A stretch of 64,000 bases of DNA, from NCBI RefSeq assembly GCF_001194135.2, contig NC_068982.1:84990409-85054408 (forward strand), read 5' to 3'. Of this stretch, positions 36,415-49,066 are shown one piece after another. The stretch is from Octopus bimaculoides (Eukaryota). The stretch's first letter is position 1. Each line of letters starts with the position of its first letter. The notes under the pieces are model-generated. The model was not told where the DNA came from. It saw only the letters and a program-made list of their open reading frames with translations, and did no database searches. The position numbers and the translations under genes were made by a program.

Positions 36415-37559
36415 TGCGTGTGTGTGTGTCTCTCTCTCTCTCTCTCTCCACACACAAACAGAATTACATATTTAATATTTTTTGAGCTCGTTTCTCCTTC
36501 TGAGGCCAGATGTTGGGGAAACAAAGTTGTATTTAGCTTTTCTGAATGTATGAAGAAGTTTGTGTGTATGTGAAAGTGTGCATGTGCATGCATGTGTGTG
36601 CATGCCCATTATTGTGTACTAGCTTTATAAAGTGTCTAATTATGTTAGAAGCTTTGTTCATGCTAAAAGCAGAGTTGAACTATATTCTTCTTTTCCCATT
36701 TTTGCTTGTTTGTATATTATTTTAGGCTTGTACGCTGTGCATTTTTTTTTGTCTTTGAATTTATCCCATTTTAATACATTGATATAGTAACAAGCAGCAT
36801 GATTAAAAGATTTCTCATTAAAGGATATGTCCAAAATATGATTACTAATATTGCTGACCAGAATTTCTATGATTATTGCCAGAATATTTGTTTATGTATT
36901 GTAAATTTTCATGAGGCTTGCAAAAAGGGAATTTGCTAATGTTTACGTCTAATGTAGCATACTAATTCTACACCTATAGTGTATGAACTAATTTCTTGAG
37001 TTATAATCTACTTGATTTCATATCAAGATTTATAACACACATACACACACATTATATATANNNNNNNNNNNNNNNNNNNNNNNNNNNNNNNNNNNNNNNN
37101 NNNNNNNNNNNNNNNNNNNNNNNNNNNNNNNNNNNNNNNNNNNNNNNNNNNNNNNNNNNNNNNNNNTATTATATGTACGTGTGTGTGTATATATATAAGA
37201 CAAGAGATAAATAATGGTCTTTACATATTTCTTTATTGTTGCAAATTCAACTTACAACTGTTTCCAATAGTCATTTCAGGTTTGTTCATTGATCGGTTTG
37301 CTCACTTGGTCTATTGATCAGTTGAGAAAACTTGAACAAACTTAAAGAATAATGATAAATGAATGATACAGGCATGGGAAGAGGAGTGAAAAGAAATAAG
37401 TATACGATGAGTGAAGTGGGAAAAAGAGAAAAAGGGAAAAAGAAATGATAAACTGGAAAAGAAGAACAAAAGGAAAGAGAAGAGAAAGAAAAAATAAGCG
37501 AAAGGAAGAAAAGGAAGTAGAGGAGGGGAGATACAGGATGGTAGAAAGAAGACAGAAAG

Positions 37560-38740
37560 AGAGATTATATATATATTAGGGTATTCAGAAAGTGATAGCA
37601 TTTTACCAGAAAGGACATAAAATTGAATGTAAACTACATTTAGCTGAATAGCTTTAATGCCACATTCAAAGAAACTTAGTCCTTTTCCTGTAAAAAAAAA
37701 AACCTGAAAGACTATTTTCAACTTCTCTGTTTCTGAATGTTTTGCCACTGATAAATACACATATACAAACATGCACCCAAAGGGTCTAAAAACTTTGTCA
37801 GCAAATGTAACATATACATTATTAATGATAAAGCTGGCCATCTTCCTTAGTCTACTATTACTAAAACATGTATAACGATTATACCTGCACTTAGGCAAAA
37901 AACCCTCACTGTTTTTAATGGAAATATACTTATAAATAATCTTTATAAAATACTATATACCACTAAATATACCTTATTCACCTCCTTTCAAATCAAGATT
38001 AGTATACAGTGTAGAAAAATCATAAACATGCAACTACTTTGACTTGATTCTTTGTAGTTTGTTTAAAAATTCATTACTGGACCTTATTCCCCAACATGGC
38101 TTACTCCAAAATTGCAAAAGATTTATTTGCAGTATCTCATAAAGTGTGAACTAACATTTAAAGCTTCCTTAATCAATATAGATAGTTGTTTCTTAGTATA
38201 TTTTCTGGCACCCACAATAAATCTACTTTTGTATGGTACTTTGTGTAACTTAAGAATTAAAAAAAAAACAATAACCTTATCTTTCTCTTCCAAGTTGGAA
38301 CCACTCAACTTTTCCACTTCAGGTATTAATTTTAGTATTACATTGATAACTTTATCTGGTACAACCTGAAAAATATATATACTATTACCTTTAATGCTAA
38401 AGTCACTACCTATTCCCAACTTAACAAAATGCCCTGCCAGTACTATAATGTACTGATTATGTAATACACAAACATACTGTTTAACTTCAGCTTTACTTAA
38501 AACTGATTTAGTTCCTATCAAATTGTTCATCCTTCTAACTCATTTCAGTGACCAACTTGTTATTCTATTCCTCCAACTTTCAAATTTCTCCAGTTTAACT
38601 CTGTATTTAAGACTTAAAAGAAGTGCTAATTGAATTTAAAATAACCTCCTCTAACTTATTCTTGCCCCATACATGGCCCTGTATTTTGTACCCTCATAAT
38701 CCTTCTCAAATATAATCTAAGACCATGACTATGTTTTCTC
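37560..38740 (-). mobile_element. Penelope-like RT fragment of a distinct lineage
   Basis: LKLHKVPYKSRFIVGARKYTKKQLS, YDFSTLYTNL and SFIINNVYVTFADKVFR. Confidence 0.75.
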
Positions 38741-39330
38741 TTTAATACTGGGTGTGAAAATTATACATTGCTACTTCAATTATTCAAACCAAATGGTTAT
38801 ATACTACATAGTACTCCAATCCAAAAATTTTCTTTTTCTAGAAGCGGTTTTGAAAACTTTTTTTCTTACACCTCCCTCCCACTCTGGACCTACTTTGGCC
38901 AATTGTTTTGCACTTCAAAACCATGGGAAGAGCATTTTAAGTAAAAAAGAAAAAAATAGTTAATATTTTTAGAAGGGAAAGTGAGTGATTTAAGGGAGAT
39001 TTGGCTGTTGTTTCTAGCACATCCAAAGACAACCCTCCTCGTTTCTTTATCACTCTCGCATGTATTGATGTCTATCAATATTTTTCCCCTATAAATACAT
39101 TTATATGCTATAATAAAGAAAATTTAAGAAATTATGAATCTTTTGCACTATCCTTTCTTCTCCTCTCCACTATCTCACTTAAGGAAGGTTTATGTAATAG
39201 ATGCATTTCCTATTATATATTATGCAAACCTGAAATGTACATATTAAATGATTTCAAAATATCACTATTTGCTATAACAACAATATATAGAGAGACAGAG
39301 GTAGCTATATATATGTATATATATATTTTT

Positions 39331-39715
39331 TTTATTTGCTTCAGTCAATTGACTGCGGCCATGCTGGAGCACTGCCTTTAGTTGAACAAATTGACCCCAG
39401 AACTTATTCTTTGTAAGCCTAGTACTTATTCTATCAGTCTCTTAGCTGAACCGCTAAGTTACGGGGACATAAACACACCAGAATCAGTTGTCAAGCGATG
39501 TTGGAGTGGGGGCAAACACAGACATACAAACACACACATATATACATATATATGACGGGCTTCTTTCAGTATCCGTCTACCAAATCCACTCACAAGGTTT
39601 TGGTCGGCCCGAGGCTATAGTAGAAGACACTTGCCCAAGGTGCCACACAGTGGGACCAAACCCGGAACCATGCGGTTGGTAAGCAAGCTACTTACCACAC
39701 AGCCATGCCTGCGCC
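39331..39715 (-). mobile_element. SINE family B, complete
   Basis: The head starts ggcgcaggcatggctgtgtggtaag. Both halves are present, inside a (TA)n tract. Confidence 0.9.
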
Positions 39716-40405
39716 TACATATATATAAGTAATAATTTAAATGAGGAACGGTTAAGTCAAACTGACATAACAATTGTTTCTGTAAACAGACGATTTTTTT
39801 TAATTCCATATCTCATACAACGTTATGCAATTCATACAAAGTTATGTAATGCATGCCAAAATACATAGAAATATGTACTAATAATCCTATCATCTATTTT
39901 CTACCTCACATGTCATGATCTAAAGGCACAATCAACCAAATGAATGCTTTGGGATGAGTTCATTTGTGGGTGTTCACAATATATAAATAGACAGAACACT
40001 TAAAGCTTTCACTCAATATCTCAAGTGGTAAAGGGTGACTTGGAAACCAAAGTACACAGTCCATGATACAGGCCAATCACTAAGGCAGAGTGGGACAGAA
40101 GAGCCTTACTCTCCCCACCAAAAGTTACTCACCACTGAACTAATTTTAATGTGAGGAAATGCATTTAGTAAAAGACTTACTATATATAGAAATTTTTCAA
40201 CCAATTTCTTCAGTTTTTGAAATGCTTTAACTGAGGAAGGTTTATACAATAGATGCATTTCCTATTACATATTACGCAAACCTGAAATGTACATATTAAA
40301 TGATTTTAAAATATCACTATTTGGTATAAGAACTATATATAGAGAGATAGAGATAGCTAGATATATGTATATATANNNNNNNNNNNNNNNNNNNNNNNNN
40401 NNNNN

Positions 40406-40450
<45 letters not shown>

Positions 40451-40550
40451 AGTAATAATTTAAATGAATAAAGAAGTCAAATTGACATCACAACAGGCTA
40501 TACCTTGGGCTTGATGCTCCTCTCCACTGAACCTGTGCTTGGTATGCAAT

Positions 40551-41566
40551 TGTAGCGGAAGCTTCTCTCTTGGTTATATACTCTTAAATGCGAGCGTAGC
40601 GGGTAACATCTAGCCTTCGGCCCGCCTTGGACCCTGCTGTGTCCATCACCCTGATTCGTTCTTATTTGCGCGGCATTTGTCTCCAGTTCTGTTTCGCACC
40701 AGGGTGCTTACCGACCAATCGTGGCCTTCTAATAAGGTCACGTAAGAGAGTGCTTTTCTGATGTTTCTGGAGCCCCTTTTTCTCTATAAATAGCCTGCTT
40801 TATCCACGCCAGTTGGTCGCGATTTCAGATCTCTCACAGGTCTGGTCGTTGACCACCACACAGAACACAGCTCTAGCCAGTTTCTAGCGACGACGTCAAC
40901 ACCACCATTCTACTGTTTACTACAGTCTCGTCACCAACGTCAACATGATGCCACCAGTGTACACACTACCAACAGCAACTGCAGTTCCATCTCAACAGTT
41001 TGTGTGAATTGTTTCCACCACGAAGTAACAGCCAGAACAACCTGCGAGAATCTCCTGTATTCAAGTAACCGGCTTGGCATAGAAGCCTCATCTTCACGAC
41101 ATGTGACTTAGCTCTGCCTAGAAGCCACAACCTCTTATGTACAGACATTCTATCTACTGTGTAACTCAACTCTAAACTGGTATCTTCCTATCTTTGTGTT
41201 CCAACGCTTATTGTCTATGTTACAGACTCTTATTCCATGCTCTGTATTTCTCATTCACACACATACACATATTTATGTATACATACTCTTGTACACGAAG
41301 GCCTATCATATTTACTGTGTTATTATTTATATTGCCACATGCACGCACACACAGACACACAGTTTACTATGCTAATAAACTTACTCTTTATATGTATGTA
41401 TCTGATGGTTGTGTCTCTCTCTTTCCTTGCTGGCATTTCCTTGCATTTCACATGTGAGCCCTCGCATGTCATATATTTTATGTTTTGTGTTGACCATGCG
41501 ATGTGTTAAAAGGAGCCTCTTCCATCTGTCACCATTCTCCTTTGGTTCACATGGTTGTTCTCTACA
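40551..41566 (+). mobile_element. Solo LTR (1016 bp)
   Basis: Termini TGTAG...CTACA and a 4-bp TSD CAAT (40547-40550, 41567-41570). CCAAT (about 40715), TATAAATA (about 40785) and AATAAA (about 41374) occur in LTR order. No ORF. Confidence 0.75.
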
Positions 41567-41619
41567 CAATGATGACTATCATTGGTTACAAGAGAAATCT
41601 GAGGAAATAATAGAACCTA

Positions 41620-43620
41620 CAAATAATGAGCTATTTAAAATTTATTTGTAAATCAGCTCAATTCTTCATTTCTTTTTGGCAAATTTATCAATCACTTTGG
41701 TATAAAATGTATCAGTATCATGCTCTACCTTCATCTTCTTCAAAAGTTTTTTATTCATGGGAATGAAGACCAAATTACTCAATCTCTCTTCACTTTGAGA
41801 ACACCTCATATGAAGAAAGCGATTTCTTACAGGAAACAGATGTGGCAGGTATGGTCAGAATCAGACATAGTAATTTTGTTACTTTGGCCAGAGCTTGATT
41901 CAGTTCAAGCCCCCCCCCCCCCATATTATGTCTGTGACTTCCTGGATGTTTGACACTTGCTTTGCAAAATCTGCAGCAAAAACTAATTTCAACTCACATT
42001 TCAATCCATCTACATCCAATGTTTTTATAGATATTCAAAGATGAAAAGGCTTCCATCAAAAATTTTTTTCATCAATGTGAAAAAGCTTTGGATTCAACAA
42101 TTCAACAAACCTGAAACCAAAGATTGAAGACAATGATGTTTTAAATCTTTGCTCCATGTGAACAATAACTTCATACAAAATGTTGATAAACAAGGTTCTT
42201 AAAACAACATCTGGTTCTTGAGGTCAACCACGCTTCCCTAGTGGTTCAGCGACACCATCCAGAACACAGCAATCAAATTCTTCAAACTTGTTGTTCTTGA
42301 TATTGTAGTGAGCCACAGTTGGGACATGCAGTCTTAATGTGAACACCATTTTTTTCAATCAACTGGTTTGCAGATCAGACTACCAGTTAGAACATCATCC
42401 CAAGTGTCCTTGGATTCACACTTTTTTCTTCAGTTAAACAGTTTAGTGCTAGAGATCAGCCAGAGCTCTCATGACATTCAAAGAGAACACAACTCAGCTC
42501 TCACCAAACAAATCAAGGATAAAGTTTCAACATGATTCAGCATTCTCACATCTTAAAGATAACTAATGGCTGAGCAATCACAGTTAAGTTGATCCCTATA
42601 TCCTAATATGTGTGTATAGTAATCTCTCAACTGATAGCTAAAAATTCACAAGTAGAGACAGTACTGTATATTTTTTTTATTATTTCTATAATTTGTATAT
42701 ATTTATTTTATTTTGAATGCAAAACAACACCACAGAGGAATCGACATAAACTTAAATAATAAACCGCAATAGGTGAACCATGATATGGTGAGGGATTACT
42801 GTATTCATGTTCAGCTTTCCCTTAAGTCTGATGTTAAATATTTAAGAACTTTGCTTCTGTTTGTAATATAGACAGTTAGCCTAATCTCACATCTTGATTA
42901 ATACAACAATTAACATCTACTGTGATAATATCAACCAATTGTTTTTTGAAGTTCTCAACCTCATGAATACACCTCCAAATTTCAAGCGAACTTTTTGAAG
43001 AATTGAAAACAGAATTTCTGAGCCACTTGATATGGTTTCAAAAATCACAAAAAAAAAAAATTAAACTGAAAATCTTGCCTGTCCTAATTCTGAAACACTC
43101 CAAACATCTGGATTTTCTGCTGCAAAATACTCCAGAAAATGCAGTAATTTTGTTGGACAAAATGGATACTTATCAAGATGAATAATTCTGTGTCTCAGGT
43201 AACTTTAGAAATCACTTTCCGACTTCAACCAGTAAGGTTATTCAAGCCATTGACTTGAGAAAAAAGTTGAAAATCCTTTTAGAGTTTGGAAGAAAATTCA
43301 ACATTCAAGAATACTAATTGAGGGAGTACCAAATTAAGTGAATGTGCATAGTATTCAAGAATACTAACTGAGGCAGTACCAAATTAAGTGAATGTGCATA
43401 ACCATGTACAGATATCTTCATTATTCTTGTTTGCGCTCTGTTCAAATGTCCAGTCATCAAGCTCACTTCATAAATTTGTATGATGAATTCATTAACAAAT
43501 TTTCGAACTTCTGTTAGCAATGCAGCTTTTCTGTCTTTACTGACACTGATGTATCCCAAAAACCTTTCTTAAAGCTTTTCTATCAGATTTCCCATTAGAT
43601 TTAACAACTATAATTTCATA
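41620..43620 (-). mobile_element. hAT transposase remnant
   Basis: GHLNRAQ...VHGYAHSLNLVL and the C-terminal dimerisation motif LLCLILTIPATSVSCKKSLS. Heavily decayed and interrupted. Confidence 0.72.
42617..42801. mobile_element. Tigger/pogo-type MITE nested in the hAT remnant
   Basis: TA-flanked ends tagtaatctctc / gagggattactg (consensus CAGTAATCCCTC). Confidence 0.6.
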
Positions 43621-43899
43621 GTGTTGTTTTTTTTAAACAAACATACATTTTCTGCGATGATTTGAAAAGCAGTGATGAGTGATAATTCTGTAAATAATAA
43701 TTTTATAAGCGATCATCATGTATTAATGAAAGAAAATAGTCTAATATTGGAACATATAAGCCCTCGATGGAAAAAAGTGAATTTTCCGTACGCCTGGGAA
43801 TTGAACCCACACCTCTATAAATTCACAATCAGATATGAAAATTACACATCATTGTAGAAGCTTAGTATGTCTTCTTTTTCTTTCAGACTTCATATATTC

Positions 43900-45298
43900 A
43901 GATTTATAAATTAGATAACCAAAATACAATGATAACCTTCGACAAAGGAGGCGAAAATAATACAACTATTGCAAAAAGCTTAAAATTAACTGAACAGCAG
44001 TCTGGAAAATTGTCAAGAAATTTCAAAATACTGGTTCCACTGTTGATTGACCTGTGTGGATCTCTCAGCTTATCAAAAGTACCAGAGAAAACATATGGTG
44101 AAATCCTTATCGTTCTGTCAGAAAAGTGGCTGCCACAGCAAAAATAAACCAAACATCAATGTATTAAGTGCTGAAGGAGGATCTCAGGACCCACCCCTAC
44201 AAGATGATCTGCCACCATGAGCTCATGCAAGTTTATAAGACAATAAGACTGGAAAGAAGTCATCTTATACTACGTCAGATTGCTGAAGGCACACTGTCCA
44301 ACCTGATGTTCACTGAAGAAAAAACAATTTGACACCAAACAGACAGTAAACTACCAGAATAACCGACTTTGGAGAGTATCTGGCTCCATCGAGGGTAGAC
44401 TCATAAATTGATGTCAAAATTCACAGTCAGGGTTTGGGTAGTTGTAACAGCCGCTGAAAGGTTTCCTCTCATTTTTGTACCCTCAGGTGTTAAAATTAAC
44501 ATCCAGCGATACATTAGTGACATTCTGGAAGCTGAACTGCTTCCAGGGGTGAATGAGCACTTTCAAGGTACACCTTGGAGCCTCTAACAGGACTTGGCAC
44601 CATCCCACAGCTCAAAACAGACAATACTCATCATCATCATCATCATCATCACCATCCTTTAACATCCATTTTCCATGCTGGCATGGGTTGGACAGTTTGA
44701 CTGAGGTCTGGAGAACCAGTGGCTGCACCAGACTCCAATCTGATCTGGCAATATTTCTACAACTGGATGACCTTACTAACACCAACCACTCTGAGAGTGT
44801 AGTGGGTGCTTTTTACATGCCATTAGCATCGATCATGTTCAGGTAGTGCTTTTTAGGTGCCACTGGCACGGGGGCCAGTCAGGCGGTCCTGGCATCGATC
44901 GCATTCAGATAGCGTTTCGATAGTATTTCTGGATTCAGAAAAACATTTTGTCATTCATAGGACCTCAAGGAGCCCTGATCTGAACCCATTGAATTTTTCT
45001 GTTCGGTCCATTTTGAAAACAAGGGTCTTGAGCACTTTTCACGCTTCACTCAATGCTCTGAAGGCAAAACTGTGCCAGGAATGGGCATTCCACAAGAACA
45101 GCTGTGTGCCATGTGTGAAGCATCTGCTCCTAGACTTAAGGCTGTGATTTTAAACAGAGGTGGTCAGATCAAATAAATGTGGTAGTGTCATAGTTGTGTT
45201 TCCTTACCATTGCATTGCAATGCTCAGTTCCAAAATATAACAATACTTTGCTTTAGCAAACTTGAAAAAAGTTGCTTGCCTTAATTTTGGGACACCCT
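43900..45298 (+). mobile_element. Tc1/mariner (maT/DD37D-like) element, decayed, with an RTE 3'UTR inserted at about 44626-44900 (-)
   Basis: LKEDLR.HPYK, MFTEEK, VPSGVKIN..RYI.DILE, QDLAPSH and SPDLNPLNFS. Right end aattttgggacaccct. Confidence 0.78.
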
Positions 45299-45366
45299 TA
45301 TATACATACACACACACACACACACATGTGCGCGCGTGCACAAACACGCACACACACACACACACA

Positions 45367-46211
45367 CAGAGGGTGCAATGGGTAAATTGTCACCATTTTA
45401 TATTTTTAATTACGTGCATGCGCATTGTTTGTTTTTGATTTTGTCAACTACGCAGTATAGTAACTTAAGTTGGGCACCGTGATGCAATTCACTCTGCCAG
45501 AAATTTGGGAATGACATATTGTACTGCTTGGCATTCATGCTGGAAGCACCAATATGAACATTTCAGAGTGTTTGAGTGTCAATCTGAGGACACGTACTGA
45601 GAGGGATAAAAATCAAACATCCAGTCAACATCATGGTGTTTGGAGTGATCACTAGTGATTGCGACATTATGCCTCCAATCATCTTCCCATATGGACTCAG
45701 ACTCCACACGGAGGATTATATCAAGTGCCTGGAGGAGAGGAGGCAGTGCTGCCCTGGGTCAAGAGGGTGGCTGATGGAAGACCCTATGTCTGGCAACAGG
45801 ATTTTGCACCATACCACACAAGCAGAAGAACCTAGTCATGGCTGTCAGACAATTTCTGCGACCACATCACCCCTAACATCTGGCTACCTTACTCTCCACA
45901 CTGCAACCTCCCTGATTATTATGTGTGGGGTGAAGTTGAGTAACTCCTAGTAACACCAAAGATGAACTGATGGCAAGGATTATGGCAGCATTCACCAGCT
46001 TAAACAAAGATACCCTCCAGAAGAGCTGCAGGAGATTCTGAAGCTGTCAGGATGCTGTAGTTGAAGCCAATGGCGATTTTATTGAAAAAATTTATTCTTT
46101 AGTATTTCAAGATATTTTTATGTAATTTTGGTAAGTATATCTGTTAAAATGAGATGTCAGTTTTATTTTCATTTTGCGTAATTTAGATGACAGTTTATTC
46201 ACCGCACCCTG
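45367..46211 (+). mobile_element. Tc1/mariner (maT-like) deletion derivative
   Basis: Imperfect TIRs of about 30 bp (CAGGGTGC..TG..TAAA.TGTCA). MVFGVITSDCDIMPP...YVWQQDFAPYH...SPHCNLPDYYVWG. Confidence 0.8.
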
Positions 46212-46217
46212 TATATA

Positions 46218-46668
46218 TGTGTGGTAAGTAGCTTGCTAATGAACTACATGGTTCTGGGTTCAGTCCCACTGCGTGGCACCTTGGGCAAAGGTCTTCTACT
46301 ATAGCCTCGGGCCGACCAAAGCCTTGTGAGTGGATATGGTAGACGGAAACTGAAAGAAGCCCGTCTCATATATATANNNNNNNNNNNNNNNNNNNNNNNN
46401 NNNNNNNNNNNNNNNNNNNNNNNNNNNNNNNNNNNNNNNNATATGTATGTGTGTGTATATGTTTGTGTGTCTGTGTTTGTCCCCCCAACATCACTTGACA
46501 ACCGATGTTGGTGTGTTTACATTCCCGTAACTTAGTGGTTCGGCAAAAGAAACTGATAGAATAAGTACTAGGCTTACAAAGAATAAGTCCTGGGGTCAAT
46601 TTGCTCGAGTAAAGGCGGTGCTCCAGCATGGCTACAGTCAAATGACTGAAACAGGTAAAAGAGTAAGA
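46218..46668 (+). mobile_element. SINE family B
   Basis: Both halves are present, with a central gap. Confidence 0.88.
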
Positions 46669-46675
46669 GAGCATA

Positions 46676-47299
46676 CTATATTAAATCTCTGAGTGAGAGG
46701 TAAACAGTAACAGTGCAGAATTGCAAAATATATTTGCCAACTAGATGTGGTGGTCCCATAGAAGACGGTGTTATTATTATCTTTAGCCCCAGGAAGACAT
46801 CTCCTCCAGCTGGTTAATGACACATTGTCTGTATTTGATTAGTATTTGCTAGGGGAGGTCATTGCTCCCATCTCTAGCCTTACATGATACACACATATCC
46901 AGGTTTCTGGCTAACAAGTGGAATGAGTTTTCCTCACTAGCTGGTGATTATCACACGCTGAAGATGGGTAACTACCCAGAAACCTGGGTCTGTATGTATC
47001 ATGTATGGGAGTGATGACCTCCCCTCACAAATACTAAGCGGACATAGACAGTGTGTTGTTAGCCAGCTGGAGATGTCTTCCTGGGGCTAAAAACAACAAT
47101 AACATCATCCTCTATGGGACTGCCACATTTAGTTGGCAAATATATTTTATGATTCCTTACTGTTACTGTTTACCTCTCAATCAGAGATTTAATATAGCTT
47201 ATTTCTCCTTTTTCGAGATCAGCAACAGTTTGTCACTGAAAAAAGCATATAGTACTTTGTGAGTGGAATAAGTTTTCATCACTAGCTGGTGATTCCCAC
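46676..47299 (+). repeat. HHR repeat array: inverted partial unit (46676-46910), full 345-bp unit (from about 46917) and the start of unit 2
   Basis: The arms 46676-46910 and 46976-47197 are reverse complements. agctggtgatt occurs at 46939 and 47284, a period of 345. Confidence 0.85.
46952..46996 (+). ncRNA. Type I hammerhead ribozyme
   Basis: cacacg-CTGAAGA-TGGGT aact ACCCA-GAAAC-CTGG-GTC-tgtatg. The core is intact with a GUC site. Stem III ACCTGGGT is one change from the palindrome ACCCGGGT. Confidence 0.8.
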
Positions 47300-47589
47300 T
47301 CTTCTGCATTATTATTCTGCTGCCCGTTTAGTGAGTTAAACTGTCTTTTTTTCATTGATGATTTTATGTTGATGTCTTGTTACGTTACTGAATATTGAAC
47401 TGTAAACGTTGTTTTTGTTATTTTCACCCCGCAGGGCGGAAAAATTGTTTTTCAATTGTGTTTTGTGCTCCTGTTGTGAGGAGAGAAATTATTTTTGAAC
47501 TGTTTTCCTGTTAAAGGAAAAAATTAATTTTGTGAACTGTTTTCCTGTCAAGGGAAAAATATTTTTGTGTTACAAGACCATTTTTTGTG

Positions 47590-48780
47590 AAAATGGAAGA
47601 CGACATGGTGTTGCATCTTGACTTTCTTCTGTGTGATGTAGACTTCCACTTTTGCAGGAAGAAAACAACCAAGGCAATCAAGTTAACCAAGTCAACCAAA
47701 ATGTTAACAAGGAAGATAAAAAGGCAAACAGTCTTTCAGCCGCCGTTGGCAGACAATTTCGTGTTATCGAAATTTCTAAGGAACAATTGTTCAAATATTG
47801 GAATATGATATTAAAAAAAAACCGGTAATGAGACGAAGTTAATACCTCCAAAAGAAGTAATTCAACATATAAGAGGAAAAAAACTGTCGTGTACAAAATT
47901 TATAATAGAAAAGAAAAAAGAATTTTGGCAATGAAAACCGACTTAGTTGAAAAGTGCCTCGCCCCCATATGGGGAAAAATAAAATATGTGGGAGAGAGCC
48001 TCGTAATGCGGCGATAGAGGCACAATTTGAAAGTGCCGACGTTGCTAAAGAAATTTCGATGCAGACATTAAAAACAGAAAACATAATGCTATTACCCACG
48101 TACCTCGACCATAGAACCGCTAAAGTTGTAATAGAGGAAATTCTGGCCAGGTACGACATTCACTGGATGGCATCAGCACTTATTTATGATGCAGAAGAAG
48201 AGATCAATATACTCAGTATGAAGAAGAGAAAAGCTCTCAATTGGAAGGGGCAGACCCTTGAATTGCTGGTGCAAACCTCTAACGAGACCTTAGAATCTAG
48301 ACCAGACAAAATATTTATAGGGGAGGGACTCAGTGCAAGAGTGTCAGTGGAGGGACGGTGACCCAGATGTTTTAAATGTGGAGAGAAAGGTCACATCCAC
48401 TCTGAATGTGAAAAAATAAAGAAGCCAATACAAAAAAAAGCAGAGGTCCCTCCACAACAGGAAAAAGACCCGCAGGAGAAAGACGAAAAAACTAACAACA
48501 GAAAAGATATAGCTAAACCAGGAAAAACTCAAGAGAAAGAGAAACAAGAGAAAGGAAAACCACAAGTGAATATACAAGAAAAAGGAAATGTACCAACAGA
48601 AGAAGAAATAGAATTTACTGTAATATACCATAAAAGGAAAAAGTCCCTTGCTCCAGACACCTCTCCCTTTACAAGAAAACGAAAAGAAATGCTGCAAAAC
48701 ACACAGAAAAAAGTAACGCCGTCCACTTCCAAATTGAAACTCAACCCCCAACCCTCCCCCAAAATACACACAAGGTGAAA
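47590..48780 (+). pseudogene. Tx1 ORF1 (gag-like), disrupted
   Basis: CFKCGEKGHIHSEC (CX2CX4HX4C) at 48368-48409, followed by a Lys/Glu-rich tail. Frameshifts and stops. Confidence 0.8.
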
Positions 48781-49066
48781 AAATAGTTTCCTATAATTCA
48801 AAAAATGAAGTGCTTCATGACCTTATAACAAGGAAAAAGTACACTACTTGAGGGCCTATTGAAGGCAAACTGCCACATTTGCGGCTGGCGAGACTCAATA
48901 TAGAGCATTACAAACAGTTTAAACAAAGATACGCTGATGACATTTTTGATGTGAGTCAATACATTGTCAAACGGCTACACCAGAAAAAGACAAAACAGGA
49001 GGAGGGGACGACGAATGTCATGCAGCCCTCCTCAAGCTTAAAAGGTAAATATTGAAACTTTTTATC

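Noticed and set aside
43303-43400. 50-bp-period tandem duplication
   Set aside because: An ordinary post-insertion slippage inside the dead hAT remnant (VHGYAHSLNLVL region).
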